DNA of 64,000 nucleotides. Origin: Octopus sinensis (Eukaryota). The translations under genes and the position numbers were made by a program. This document shows, piece after piece, positions 27,123 to 42,703 of this stretch (position 1 is its first letter; each line of letters opens with the position of its first letter). The notes under the pieces were generated by a model. That model saw only the letters and a program-made list of their open reading frames with translations. It ran no database searches and had not been told where the DNA came from. The stretch covers positions 20,708,001 to 20,772,000 of the forward strand of contig NC_043003.1 in assembly GCF_006345805.1 (NCBI RefSeq), read 5' to 3'.

Positions 27123-28133
27123 CGTACAGAGAGAGAGATTATTAAATGTGAGCCCCAGGAAGAGAAAAAAGACGTTCTGTCTGAAACGTCACATTTCTCC
27201 CCCTTTCGTGTCATACTAATATTCCCCATTTTTCTTCATTGAACTGATTTTTACAAACTCTTACCTGTTTGTGACTTTTAGTCTCGTTGCTCTGTACCTT
27301 GGACATGTGTTTTCAACAATATGACAGGGATAGTAACAGTAATGACTGATATCGTACAGAAGACCAGCAGATGGGTTATGCTTTGTGGTGGAGGAGCGTT
27401 AATAGAATCAATCCACCTCTTGATATAATGTCTCTTCTTAGATCTTGAATGCACCTTTTAATGGAATTCAGTCTATTGAAAACTTCTCGACCGGTTGTCT
27501 AATGTATGTTTTCGTCCTTTTCCACCACTAGTTTCAAAGGCATTACAAATAGATCATCAACACTGCCTTCTCTCTCTCTCTCAACGAAACGATAAAATGA
27601 ATTAGAAAACAAGTGTTTCTTGGAATTGAATGTTTTATTTGGAAAAATCACTTGGAAAAGATCGACCCAATAATAATGTGAAGGGAAACGAAAGCCATTG
27701 TATTGAATGCTAAGATAATGCAATGCAAAAATGATAAAACTAACGCCTGAAAAAGGCTGATTATAGCGGTGCATGCTGGGGAAAACAGGTATTGATTTAT
27801 CGAAGATCAGCCCTATAAACACTTACGTTGCTGTTTGTGAGTAATTGTTAAATCGTAACAATGATCACGTTTGATAATGCAGATATACGTTAGTATCATG
27901 AATTTCTATTGGTGTGAGGATATTTGTATGTATGTGTATGAAAACGAGTTACAGTTATATGTATGTGTGTGTGAGTGTGTGTGAATGCGCGTGTGTGTGT
28001 GTGTACCTATAAATACATATTGTGTTTATTTCAAAGTGCATATGCAATTACACGAAATACATATGCGTTTGTGTAATCTACAAGAAGAATAGATATTTAC
28101 AATTATGCAAATACGTGTTTTTGCATAAATTTG

Positions 28134-28287
<154 letters not shown>

Positions 28288-28588
28288 AATATATGCCTCT
28301 GTGACACATTTTATGTGCCTTAAAGTAGTCGCATATATATTATAATGTAAACTAAAAACAATATGTATACACATATCATACGTTTGTGTGTATATATATA
28401 TATGTATATATATATATATACAAAATGAGATAGGGGTTATGAGTGTAACCCACTATGAGATATTTATCCAATATACTGCCAGTAAAGTACCCATAAAGGC
28501 TAATACATAAATGCTAAGAATTGCAATGCAATTAATTCATTTATTGTATTATATGGGCGAAGGTAAAATGTTTTATCTCAGATTCATA

Positions 28589-29145
28589 ATACAAAATAAG
28601 AAAATGGAGGAATAGATTTCTTTCAATCATCAACTACTAGATAATACCAATTCATATAATTTATTAACTAATTATTTAGGAACATCCAGATCAAACAGAA
28701 TAATACAGAATAAAACAGTACACATCAATAAGTAAGATAATACCATAAGAACAATACATATAAAATGGATCTTACAGCTGTTTCAGCCTGTAGATAAGAG
28801 TATCTCATTATGCTCATATTAGTCAGATGTATTGAGGTAATATGCAGTTAAAAATGAGTTACTTATATATATATATCTCAAGGCATCGTCAGAGATTATA
28901 AAGTACAATTATAAAAGTATAAAATGAAGATATAAAATGCAAATATGAATATTAAAAAAGGTACACATATACAAGAATAAGCATATATACATATAAGTGT
29001 ATATACACCTACATATACATATATATAAGTACATACATAATAGTATACATACACATAAGGTTACAGTTAATCAAATCTATATGCTGGAATCAACGTGTAA
29101 TGTAATACAATGAACTCTGGACTTTGTATATGTACACTTTGATGT

Positions 29146-29183
<38 letters not shown>

Positions 29184-29684
29184 TCCAGTATATAGATTTG
29201 ATTAACTGTAACCTTATGTGTATGTATACTATTATGTATATACTTATATATATGTATATGTAGGTGTATATACACTTATATGTATATATCTATATATGCT
29301 TATTCTTGTATATGTGTACCTTCTTTAATATTCATATTTGCATTTTATATCTTCATTTTGTACCTTTATAATTGTACTTTATAATCTCTGACGAGGCTTT
29401 GAGATACATATATAACTCATTTTTAACTGCATTTTTAACCTCAATACATCTGACTAATATGAGCATAATGAGATACTCTTATCTACAGGCTGAAACAGCT
29501 GTAAGATCCATTTTATATGTATTGTTCTTATGGTTTTATCTTACTTATTGATGTGTACTGTTTTATTCTGTATTATTCTGTTTGATCTGGATGTTCCTAA
29601 ATAATTAGTCAATAAATTATATGAATTGGTATATCTAGTAGTTGATGATTGAAAGAAATCTATTCCTCCATTTTCTTATTTTGT

Positions 29685-29686
<2 letters not shown>
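28589..29686. mobile_element. Long inverted repeat (arms 28589-29090 and 29182-29686), Penelope-like
   Basis: ~500-bp arms with high identity; each arm carries a hammerhead motif. Confidence 0.85.
29384..29507 (+). ncRNA. Type I hammerhead ribozyme motif with long loop II (mirror copy 28768-28896, minus strand)
   Basis: atct-CTGACGA-(g)gc(c)t..~90 nt..aggc-t-GAAA-CAGCTG-TA-agat; palindromic stem III. Confidence 0.65.
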
Positions 29687-29765
<79 letters not shown>

Positions 29766-29767
<2 letters not shown>

Positions 29768-31085
29768 AGGCTGAGTAAAAAGTAAGCAACGTTTTGAAAC
29801 ATGAAATTTATCACAATATATTTCAACAATGCGGAAATTTTATCTATCAAAGTAAGTACCATTACAATCAGCACACTTTTGCCAACGAATTACAAGTTTG
29901 TTTATTCTGGTAACATAAAAATCTGGAGTTCTGGAACTGATGAACCCTTTCAACACACTTTCAGCATCGGTTTGATTTTTGAACTCCCCTCGCAAGAAAC
30001 CATCAAGGTGATTGAAAAAGTGGTAGTCAATAGGAGAAAGGTCTGGGGAGTAAGGTGGGCGGGGAAGAACTTTGTAGCCAAGTTCCTTCAACTTCTGGAG
30101 CGACATTAGTGAAACGTGTGGTCGAGCATTGTCATGAAGAATGATTGGCCCTCTTCTGTTGACAAGTCTGGAACGGGTGAGTAGCAGTTTTTCGTTCATT
30201 TTAGTAATTTCATGGCTATATGTTTCTGCAGTAATGGTTATACCGGGTTTTAAGAAGTTATAGTGGATGAGTCCAGCAGTACACCACCAAACAGTCACTA
30301 TAACCTTCTTTTTGAAGAGCTCGAGTTTAGTGAAGGTTTTCGGTGCTTCAATTTGGTCCAACCACAGCGAAGAACGTTTTTCTTTTTTTTGGTTTTTGGG
30401 GAGTTTTTTGGGGTTTTTTTGTACAGAATCCACTTTTCATCGCAAGTTACAATACGGTCGAGAAATGGATCGGTCTAGTTACGGAGAAGAAGCGATGAGC
30501 AAATTTCATATCTACGCATTTTCTGATTTTCATTCAAATCGTGTGATACCCATTTATCGATCTTTTTCGATTTTCCAATTGCATGCATATGGTTGCAGGC
30601 AGTTTTCAGGCTAACTTGAAGTTCTTTTGCCAGATCTCGTGTAGTTTTACATGGACCTTTCTGAATGACGGTTTTTAGTTGACCGTCATCAATGACAGCT
30701 GGGCGTCCACTACGCTCACGATCTTCAAGACTCGGGTCTCCATTGTGAACTCGTTTAAATCATTTTAGAGCTGACCACTCCCTGCTCATTTCCTCACCAA
30801 ACGTTTCGTTGATATCGCGAGAAGTTTCAATTGCTTTACGTCCTTTTTTGAAGTTGAATAGCAAAATTGATTGTATATCGTACTTTGACAGTTCCATTTC
30901 AGATGATTGTAACAACGGTGAAAAAATACCAATGTTAATTCATTGATGCATTTCAGCAAGTCTACGTCTGTATTATCAGATCAGACAACTGCAAAAATAT
31001 GTTTAAAACAAATTCAAAACTCTGCAAAAATCCGGTACAAATTCTTCAAGGTTCAAAAACGTTGCTTACTTTTTACTCAACCTAA
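29766..31085 (-). mobile_element. Near full-length (~1.3 kb) degenerate mariner
   Basis: TIRs aggctgagtaaaaagtaagcaacgttttgaa at both ends; ORF 29840-30433 contains VWW..G..H..FL, LHDNARPH, PPYSPDLSPIDYHFF (DD34D type). Confidence 0.92.
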
Positions 31086-31659
31086 TATATATATATATAC
31101 CTACCTACCTACATACATACATACATACATACATACATACATACATACATACATACATACATACGCACTGAGTGTCCTGAAATTGAGGCAACCAACGTTT
31201 CGGGCTTTAATAACTATCAATAAATGTGATAAGATATGAAAATTATACATCATTATAAAACAGGGGTGGGTGAACCGGAGTAAATTACCCCAAGTGGAGT
31301 AAAATTGAAATTTTGGGGAGTAATAAGAACCCATTAGATATAGTAACATTTCATGAACGTGTTCCTTGTTATGACAGAATTTTTCTTCAGGCTACACTGC
31401 ATCTGCCCAATTTAATGGACGTGTAAATAGATTCATATAAATAGATTCATATAAATAGATTCAATAAAATAGATTTAATAAACGTTTTGAATTCAAAGAA
31501 TCTATGATTTTCTTTTCAAATCAAGGGGATAACATCGGCGTAAATAAATATATTTTGGGGTAATTTGTTAAAAAAATGTTCCCCGATCTGTGTTATGAAA
31601 GTTTAATGCGTTTTCTTTTTGCTTCAGACGAAATCAATTCAGATTTATAAATTTGATAA

Positions 31660-32660
31660 TGGCTATAGACTGAAATGCGGTCATAACCCTCCAGAAAGGA
31701 GCTGAAAGTAATACAGTTATAACAAAAATGCTTAGAATTAACCGAACAACAGCCTGGAAAATTATCAAAAAATTTCAAGAAACTGGTTCCATCTCTGATC
31801 GATCTGGACGTGGCCGAAAAAGAAGTGTGCGGACCCCTCAGCTTATCAAAAGTACTAGAGAAAAGATACGACGAAATCCTCGTTATTCCGTCAGAAAATT
31901 GGCTGCCATAGCAAAAATAAGCCGATCATCAATAAATCGAACGCCGAAGGAGGATCTCAGGACCCACTCCTACAAGATGATCTGCAGTCATGAGCTCACG
32001 CAAGTTTATAAGGCCATGAGACTGGAGAGAAGTCATCTTATCCTGCGTCAGATTGCTGAAGGCACTTTGCCCAATCTGGTGTTCACTGTTGAAAAGAAAT
32101 TTGACATTGAACAGACTGTAAACTACAAGAATGACCGACTTTAGAGTGTTTCTCGCTCTGTCGAAGGCAGACTCGTAAATTGACGTAAAAATCCACAGTT
32201 AGTTGTGGTTTGGGTGGCTGTGACAGCCACTGGAAGGTCTCCCCTAGTTTTTGTGTTAACGTTAACACCCATTAATATGTCAGTGACATTCTGGAAGCTG
32301 AACTGCTTCCATGAGCGAATGAACACTTTCAAGGTTTACTTTGGAGCCTACAACAGGACTCAGCACCATTCCACTGTTCCAAACAGACACAGAACTAGGT
32401 TCAGAAAAACATTCCGTCGTTCATAAGCAGGGATGTATAGCTCTGAAGAAGCCCCGATCTCAAACCGTTGTATTTTTCTGTTTGGTCCATTTTAGAGATG
32501 AGGGTCTCGAACATTCTTCATGCTTCGTTCGATATTCTGAAAGCAAAACTGCGCCAGAAATGGGCTTCGATTCCGCAAGAACAGTTGCGTGCTACGTACG
32601 AAGCATTCGCACCTAGAATTAAAGCTGTGATTTGAAACAGAGGTGGTCATATCGAATAAA
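31660..32660 (+). mobile_element. Degenerate Tc1/mariner-superfamily transposase, maT/DD37D-like
   Basis: HTH with SGRGRKRSVRT; LVFT(V)EKKF..N.KND; MVWVAVTATGRSPLVF; frameshifted SPDL-N-P remnant. TIRs not identified. Confidence 0.75.
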
Positions 32661-32829
32661 TGTGGTAGTGTCATAATTGTGTTTCCTTTACCATTCCAAG
32701 TAACGCTCGAACCCGAATTATAACAATATTTTGCTTCGGCAAAATTGAAAAAATGCCGTTGCCATATCTTAGCTCTTAGATCCTCCAGTGATGTCAGTAC
32801 AACGGGCATCGAGTCTTCTCTAGATATCT

Positions 32830-33135
32830 TGATTGCTCGTCCTCCTCCTGACTTCACACGGGCCAGCTCTCATCGCTATCATGTTGTCCCGGAACGTACT
32901 GCGCCTTATCTTTTATGGTATTCCTCTCGGTTTTTTTCCTCCTCCAGGCGTCCACTCTATCATGATGGTAACACGTCTTTCCTGCAGTAATCGAAGCACA
33001 TGGCCAGTGAACTGTATCCACCGCCGCGCAGTCATCATGTCTTGCAAACTTCCCATGCCTGCTCTTCTCGTTACTTCTTTGTTTCTCACTCTGTCCTGAT
33101 ATGAGATGTCCAGGATTGAACGTAGGCAGCATCAG
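32830..33135 (-). mobile_element. RTE-type LINE C-terminal fragment
   Basis: Minus frame RVRNKEVTRRAG..RRW..FTGHVLR..W.P.GG.KPRG.P..RR.TF. Confidence 0.7.
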
Positions 33136-33194
33136 TGGAACACGCCCAGCAATTGAGAGACCTTCGCTGTCTTCTTCCGGGCTTCACAGGCGTA

Positions 33195-33493
33195 GATCGT
33201 TTGTTCCTTCTCGAGCCACGCCTGGCTCATTAGGGCCGGTTTCCTTGGCGTATAGGTTCCCCACCTGGATGGGACGTCGGTCCGTCGCAGGTGAGCTGCA
33301 AGATGCAGGAGGAAAGAGTGAGAGAAAGTTGTGGCGAAAGAGTCAGCGGAAGTTCGCCATTACCTTCTGCTGGGGCCGTGTGGAGCTTAGGTGTTTCGCT
33401 CATAAACACACACATCGCCCGGTCTGAGATTCGAACCCGCGATCCCTCGACCGCGAGTCCGCTGCTCTAACCATTAGGCCATGTGCCTCCACC
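33195..33493 (-). mobile_element. tRNA-headed SINE family C; a copy with the same head but different tail at ~55885-56190
   Basis: Minus strand ggaggcacaTGGCCTAATGGttagagcagcggactc..GGGTTCGAATCt (A and B boxes). Confidence 0.8.
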
Positions 33494-33753
33494 ACATGCG
33501 TAGCTAGCTGTTGGTATAACAATAGACGAATATAGCAAGCGCTTTATATTTTTACTGATAGTTTTCGATCTCTATATTGCACGAAGGCGTTGTACGAATA
33601 TACAATACATATGTACTCACACGCGTACGCACACGTACACACGCGCGCGCATATACGCACACACTAAGACACATATGTATTTAAGTGCATATATATGTGT
33701 GTGTATGTGGAGGGTGGCTGTGAGTGTGTATGTGTGGACAGATAAATAGATAC

Positions 33754-33888
<135 letters not shown>

Positions 33889-34986
33889 CAGACTGACAGA
33901 CAGACAGACAGAAATGCATACACACTCATTTATATATGTAAAACTTACATACATATATATGTATACACACACACAAATTTTATACCGAAAGTAATGTAAA
34001 AGCGGGCATATTATTAACTGGCATGGGTCGTTGAAATTGCACATGTTTGTAGAGTAACTCTTCGTCCTTAATAACTTCCTGTTCTTCCCTATTACATGCA
34101 AATAAAGAGTTACAAATAGGATAAGCGCGCTCCAGGAGGGCCTGCGGCCATCCGGGAGCGCGCTTATAGAATTATACTAAGACCAACTAAATTTTCGTTT
34201 TTTTTTTTTTGGTACTCATTATTCTTTTCACATATCATTATGTCCGACATCTTGCTAAGATTTTAACAGGAACATTCCACCAGTATTTTTCCATATTACG
34301 AGAGAATATAACCTTCCCATCACTGTAATTTCTTCTATTTTAATCTTCAAACCTATCCTTTCAACGGATTTTATTGTATAATGGTCTGTCCATGATATCA
34401 CATCTCAGGTTAATAGTTTTGTTACGATATTTTTAGCCAGCTATTTATAATGTCGGTGACATCTTCAGCACTAAATCCTCAGAATCCGCATCGCTTTTGC
34501 ACCTAGATTCTTTACCTTTATCCCTAGCTCCTTTTTGTTATTCCTTGTTCTTGGATTACAAAAGCTTATTCTTCGACGTGAGAGCTAATAGACCGGTTGT
34601 TGATCCTTAAAGGCGAGAGCTAATAAAGTGGCTATTATTATGGCAAGCATGTGTGCATGTGTTTATGCGTGTGTGTGTGTGCGGGTGTAGGTGTGAAGGT
34701 GAATATATGTATATGTGTGTGTGTATATATGTTTATGTGTGTGTATGCGTGTGTCTGTCTGTGTGTATGTGTGTATGTATGTGCGTCTGTGTATGTATGT
34801 GGTATGTACATATGTGTGTACGCACGTATATATGTGCGTACGTATGCACGTAAGTATGTATATATGTACGTACGTATGTATGCATGTATGTATGTACTTA
34901 CGTATGTATGTATGTACGTACGTATGTACGTATGTATGTATGTATGTATGTATGTACGTACGTACGTATGTATGTATGTACGCATG

Positions 34987-35020
<34 letters not shown>

Positions 35021-35190
35021 TGTATGTATGTATGTATGTATGTATGTATGTATTATGTGTGCATCATTGCGTATATGAGTCTGTATGAATGTTTTTCTTC
35101 CTTCTCACTTTCTCTCACACTCTCTCACTTCTCCCTTTCTCTCTTTCGCACTCTCTCTCTCTTCCTCTCTCCCTTTCTCTGTTGCACTTT

Positions 35191-35229
<39 letters not shown>

Positions 35230-35264
35230 TCCCTGTCATGAGCACGCTCACATACACACACACT

Positions 35265-35310
<46 letters not shown>

Positions 35311-35971
35311 CACACATTCACTCACTCACATACACGACACTGAAACGTTTCTCTAATTTTTCTCAACCCGTGTTGGTCCCTACTGAATTACGATTCTGTT
35401 CCAGTAAAAGTACAATATTTGTCATCAATTCCCAAGTTTCATTTTGTATAATGCGTATTGTAGTTCATCCTTATGTTTAATTATACACATCTGCAGGCAT
35501 ATGCATATATATGCATGTATGTGCGTGTTAGTGTGTGTATGTATATATATATATATGTCTGTGTGTGTGTGTGCATACATGCATGCATACACAAATACAT
35601 ATATATATAGAGAGAGAGCGACAAATGTATGTTGTTAGGTGCAGGGAATGGGGAAGGTAAATCTGTACTACATATGTTTCCAATAAAAGTCGAACATGTA
35701 TTACGTAATACATGTTCAACTTTTCTTGGAAACATATGTAACACATATTCAGCTTGAGTTTTTCTTCAGGTGCCTTTATCTGCAATTTACAAGGTCATTG
35801 TCGCAAGTTGCTTTTGGGTCACACTGGCTCTTTACGTTTTGAGTTCAAATTCCGCCGAAGTCGACTTTACCTTTCATCCTTTCGGGACCGATAAAATTAG
35901 TACCAGTTAAGCACTGGGGTCAGCATAATCGACTTCCCTATCCCTCGAACTTTCTGGCCTTGTGCCAAAAT

Positions 35972-36051
<80 letters not shown>

Positions 36052-37367
36052 ACTACTACTACTACTGCTACTGCTGCTGCTGCTGCTGCTATTATTATTG
36101 TTGTTGCTGCTGCTGCTTGAAAGCTATTATATGCTAATTTAGTTTGCAGAGATGTTATCCAGTGGATCGCTCACAAGTTTCCTTAGAACTCAAGAATCGT
36201 ATAGAATACAGTATGTCACTTATTCCCAGATTGACAATACCTGTCTTGTGTCCATTATCCTTCCACCTCTTAGGTAGCAGTCTGGGCGTTGTACCGATTG
36301 CCCCAATAACCACAGTAATAATTTTCACATTTTGGACTCTGAGGTAGTGTGGGGCTTAACCGACAGAAGAAAAGAGTGTGGAAGCTTCTAAAACCTTGAC
36401 ATGTATTATTTTCAACTTGATTTCCAGAATATGTCAGTGTGGACTTGGTTCATCAGCATCAAGACAGCAAGATTGTATCTCGCTCGAGCATTCGTTTGGT
36501 TAGTAGGGCAGTAGACAGGAATGGTGTACTATTTCCACTGGTCGGCTGCACATAATCCAAATTTATGATCTGAAAGTTCAGCCAAGACAGTACGCATAAA
36601 CCACTGAAAGATGGATGAGCGCAAAGCCTACAGCGACTTGTTTAGCTAATTAGTGAAACGGCAATTGAAAAAGACCATCGCCAACAATAGTGGCGGCCCA
36701 CTCTCTGAAAAGAGAGCGATTAAAGTGGTATCGATAAGATTCAGCAAAGAAATAGCGACAGAAAGAAATGGGTTAGCAGGGAAATATCGTAAGAAAATTA
36801 CGAGAAGCGATTTATAAAGACATCAAGAGTGATATCCTAAATGTAAGAATGGTCCCCGACGCGAATACGAAGGCTGTTTTGTCAGAGCCAAGCACAACCT
36901 GACCTCAGAACCCCAATTGTAAACAGTTGTCTCCTGTGCTTGTCGGAAAAATGAAAATTTCAATAATCATAGACAAAATCATTCTTTTTTTTTTTTGTTC
37001 CTCGCCATATTTCCTCGCTATTTTAAACAGTTTCTAGTATGATGTATGCATTAAATGTTAACACTAACTTACCTAAATGCTAAAAGGTGTATTGTCTGCA
37101 ACTCTTACCGTATCTATCAATTCCAATGCTTTTAAGAATGCAAATATTACACACTGAAACACATTCACATATCTATAACACCAATACACCCAAATGAATG
37201 CAAAATCACATATCCATTCGCACAAATATTCGTATACACATACATTCAAATATATATTGATACAAAAATGCTCACGCATTTATAGATATTCATACAGACA
37301 CTGTCTGTCGCATACGTACAAGCATACAGAGACACACAAGAAGTACATTATATATATGCATATATGT

Positions 37368-37413
<46 letters not shown>

Positions 37414-39034
37414 GAACATACATGCATACATACATACATACATACATACATACATACATACATACATACATACATGCATACATACATACATACATACACA
37501 CACACACACCAACATTCATGCATACATATACATGTACATATATTTACATACAAATTGCTGGATGTTTTATTGATTTCCTACGTAAAATGTGGCTTGGGGC
37601 TTCTCGGTAGATTTGCATATCCGAAACGATTGATTTATCTATCAAGTATTATAAATTGACGCTATTATAGGTGGCGCCACTAATACAAGCAATTACATCC
37701 GCCAGAATAAATATAATGGATCTGCTTGATTCTCAGGACATGTTATAATCCTAATGTCAATCTGGAAGTTAATGTTGCGACTTTCTGATGGAAACCACAT
37801 TAAAATGTTATTCACCAATTAGTTTACTGCCGTATTTCGGAAAACTGTGTTAATATGACAGGCATATAAAATAAGGAGCTTTTGGTGTTATGAAAATAAT
37901 AAGCAAAATAGGACTATTTAAATCACTGTTCATTGTTTGGACGACAGATTATTGTGAGTGAGTTGAAAGTATTCTCCCAGAGGAATTTAATCCTTGAAAG
38001 GAATGAATTTCCCCACATTCCATTAACTCTTCTGAATTTTTTCTTCATATTCACATACATAAATAACAGACGGTTGGTCGGTGTGCTTTCTAAACCGTAT
38101 TTAGCCATGAATTCGGCGAAGTACGTTCTTAAAAGAAAATGCTTTTAAAAATTCATTGCAATATATACTTTTTACGTGTCATTTTTGACTGAGAAGTGTA
38201 GCGATCATAGCTTTTTCCAAAGATATCGACAGCGTAAAAGAAGACCACGCTGTGTTATTTCTCTTATATAGTTTCTGTTTAAATGATAAAAATTACTTAG
38301 GTTATACGATATATATCTGAATCATTCTATTTTTTTATGGCAGATCTTTTATTGTATTCGAAAGCCTAGTCTCTCGTATTATAACTGTAATAATACGCGT
38401 ACATGTTTTGCAACTAGCGCACAAAAAAGGGGAAAGTGTACGCACTCAAGGTTTTTCAAGATGATATCGATTTTTCTTAACTGAAGAAATTAATCGTGTA
38501 ATTTCACTATATTATCTTAAATAATACACATTTATAAATAGTGTGCATTAGCTTAGGTGCTCAATATAGCATTTTTATGATGGTTATTCGCATAGATAAG
38601 CACATATTTTGCAAAGAAAGACAAAATTTGCACACAAGCAAACTTCTATGCACACTCATAACGAAAAAAATTGCGGAAACGTTGCTGATGGCTATCTCGT
38701 CTAAGATGTATCACGGAATGTGATTTTGTGTGTTTATGTTGGCTCCACATCTGACATTTTCAATCACTGGGCCACGACACACTCGTACACGGCGTATCTT
38801 CCTCAGGTGTGCCGCGAGTTTTTCAGACGAGGAGTCGGTAAACTCCATGGTTGATAGTAAAATTTGCGTGCTCCAAGGAATCATATCGGTGCATGGGTAC
38901 TCCGCTGCAGCAAAGTGCAATTCATGTGGTCACATGGGTAGAAAAGTAATTTGAATAGTGTTTTTTTACACACGCACTCACATACACACATACACACACA
39001 CATACACACTCACATGCATATGTATTCAACCATT

Positions 39035-39075
<41 letters not shown>

Positions 39076-39131
39076 GTGTGTATGTGTGTGTATGTGTGTG
39101 TGTGTGTGTGCGTGTGTGTGTGTGTGCGTGC

Positions 39132-39214
<83 letters not shown>

Positions 39215-39419
39215 GAGAGATATGTTATCTGGGCGGAATCCGTATTGGCTCTCAGATAAGTTCCAGTTAATGGCTAACCACTTCGATCAGTATTTAACGT
39301 CTGTGATTACTATTTGTTGCTAGTCACTCCGAGAAATCTTCCGATAGGTAATTCCATGTACGCTTCGCTGGACGGTAAAAATTATCTAGAGTATATACTA
39401 TTAATAATGGTTTCAAATT

Positions 39420-39760
39420 TTGTCACAAAGGCAGCAATTTTGGGGGAGAGAACTAATCGATTACATAGACCCCAGTGTTTTACTGATACTTAATTTATCG
39501 ACCCCGAAAGGATGAAAGGCAAAGTCGACGTCGGCAGAATTTGAACTCAACGTAAATACCTATTTCTTTATTACCCACAAGAGGCTAAACACAGAGGGGA
39601 CAAACAAGGACAGACATAGGTATTAAGTCGATTATGTCGACCCCAGTGCGTAACTGGTACTTAATTTATCGACCCCGAAAGGATGAAAGGCAAAGTCGAC
39701 CTCGACAGACGAAATACCGCTAAGCATTTCGCCCGGCGTGCTAACGTTTCTGCCAGCTCA
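39420..39760 (-). mobile_element. SINE family A, rearranged dimer
   Basis: Repeated ttatcgaccccgaaaggatgaaaggcaaagtcgac blocks with the tacctatttcttta junction. Confidence 0.75.
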
Positions 39761-40022
39761 ACGTAAATACCGTCACAACCTTGTGCGCTAGTGTAAAGGT
39801 AGCATTCTTGTCGCGAAAACATAGTGGTGTGGGTTAGAGTCCCACGTGTACGGGAAAATCTACTTTTTTCCGTCGAGGGCTTATATGCCCCATTATTAGA
39901 CTGTTTTCTTTAGTCACTGCGCGGTGATCGCTTATAAGCTTCAAGCTTATAAAATACTATTATTATTATTTACAGAATTGTAAAAATCGACGATGCTTAA
40001 CAAAAACCATCGCAGTATAAGC

Positions 40023-40111
<89 letters not shown>

Positions 40112-40414
40112 GTTGTTGTTGTTATTATTATTATTATTAATTGTAAGGAATATAAAATTCCAAGGCAACAGGAGAAAACAAACTCAATTTACTAATACTA
40201 AATCAAATTTCATGATATATTGAATATATACAGAATTAAGAGATAGAACCTCCATAAAGTAATTCAATTAATTCTGATAGATATTACATAAATTTAAATA
40301 TATTATTATTAACGTTGTACTAAAAATTTCTACACATTAAACTACTTTGTTATTAATCTCCTGCTAAAAATTTCTATATTAAATAATATACATTAAAAAT
40401 ACACATTAAAAACG

Positions 40415-40514
40415 ACGATGCGCGTTTCGTGACTATGTATACGGATCTACAATATCAAAATCAAAACTTAAATATATCTTTGAACCAACGATACATAACC
40501 ACTCTTCAGGTCTC
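40415..40514 (-). ncRNA. Degenerate hammerhead ribozyme motif
   Basis: CTGAAGA-gtggttatgtat..atacatagtcac-GAAA-cgcg-ca; 12-bp stem II; cleavage-site U appears mutated. Confidence 0.55.
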
Positions 40515-41024
40515 AATATCATAATATATATTTACAGCATAGATGAAGATGTTATAATTACACCATACTTTATAAATAATTGATAAGATTTAACAATATT
40601 AAAGAAAAATATGAGTATGACTATTGTTATTTTATGATATTGAGACTTTATGGAGGTTCTATCTCTTAATTCTCTATGTATATTATATATATATATATAT
40701 ATATATACGTAAATGTCGAACGATGAAAATGAGTATTCAGCACCACATTGGTAGATACAATTTCTTTATTTGTGAATTAAGGCTACCATTGGTTTCATGT
40801 TAAGAAAAGTCGGAAAATATCCTACTGTCTTAACAATTTCCCATGAAGAAAGATATTTGCCTAGCTGATGCTGTCCTGTAATACATTGAGCGCCATTTGA
40901 TATATATATACACATTTATGTGTGGGTGTGTATGTGGGTGTGAGTGTGTATACGTGTGTATGTGTGTGCGTACGTGTGCGAGCGTGCGTGGGTGTATGTA
41001 TGTGTGTTTGTGGGCTGGTGTGTG

Positions 41025-41119
<95 letters not shown>

Positions 41120-41513
41120 TCCAGGTCTCCCTTGCCACTCTGCCATCAGAAATGCCTTAAACAAGTTAATGGACAGTCAGAAATCTGTGACCAAGGACGA
41201 TATTATTCACAAACTGTGGTATTAAATAAAACAAAATATAATAAAATAAAGTAAAAAATAAAATAGATCCTACATCATCAATTCACTCTTGAGTGTTTCT
41301 CTTTTTGTCCCTTTTCAGCAATATTACTCGAATCATTCATCTCTATTGGACAGCTGCTCTCTTATTCCCAGTGCATGGATTTTCTCCCTTTGTATCTGAA
41401 ATCAATATAGCATCTCTTGTTTTCTATTACAGCATCTTGTATAGTGTCTGAGTGTTTCTACGCATGCGCACGTCTCTGTGAGTATTGAACGGCAACCATG
41501 CTGGGCCATTGAC

Positions 41514-41810
<297 letters not shown>

Positions 41811-42207
41811 ATCGTTAGCACGCCGGGCGAAATGCTTAGCGGCATTTTGTCGGCCGTTACGTTCTGAGTTCAATTTCCGCCGAGGTGGACTTTGCCTGTC
41901 ATCCTTTCAGGGTCGATAAATTAAGTACCAGTTGCGTCCTGGGGTCCTTATAATCGACAGGACCCCTCCCCAAAAATTTCAGGCCTTATGCCTAGAGTGG
42001 AAAAGATCATTATTATTATTATTAATCGTTAGCACGCCGGGTGAAATGCTTCGCGGCATTTCGTCTGCCGCTACGTTCTAAGTTCAAATTCTGCCGAGGT
42101 CGACTTTGCCTTTCATCCTTTCGGGGTCGATAAAATTAGTACCAGTTACGCACTGAGGTCGATGTAATCGACTTCATCCCTTCCCTCAAGTTTGAGGCCT
42201 TATTATT

Positions 42208-42242
<35 letters not shown>

Positions 42243-42659
42243 TATCATTATTATTATTATTGTTATTATTATTATTATTATTAAGTATCAGTTACGCACT
42301 GGGGTCGATATAATTGACTTAATCCGTTTGTCTGTCCTTGTTTGTCCCCTCTGTGTTTAGCCCATTGTGGGTAGTAAAGAAATAAGTATTCTGTCTGCTG
42401 CTACGTTCAGTGTTCAAATTCCGCAGAGGTCGACTTTGTCTTTCATCCTTTCGGGGTCGATAAAATAAGTACCACTGAGATAATCAACTCATCCCCACCT
42501 CCTTCCAGCTGCCCTTGTGGCAAAAAGTTGAGATGATAATAGTCAGCATCATTATTTCTTTTTATGACAGCTTTTGTTGGAACTCCTGGAGTCTTGCATC
42601 CGTAGCTATCCATTCTTTTCAGCTATCTAATACTTTCCTGATTCTTATTATTATCATCA

Positions 42660-42703
<44 letters not shown>

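Noticed and set aside
27262-27826. Minus-strand GTAAG donor-like sites at ~27263 and ~27825 with ORF 27499-27822
   Set aside because: No convincing acceptor, phase chain or protein similarity; they may be chance or non-coding exons.
33420-33493. tRNA genes at SINE heads (also 6943-7020 and 61325-61390)
   Set aside because: A and B boxes are present, but there is no complete cloverleaf and each continues into a repeat body.
38711-38954. CpG-rich patch with short ORFs on both strands
   Set aside because: No motif or splice structure recognised; probably an old TE fragment.
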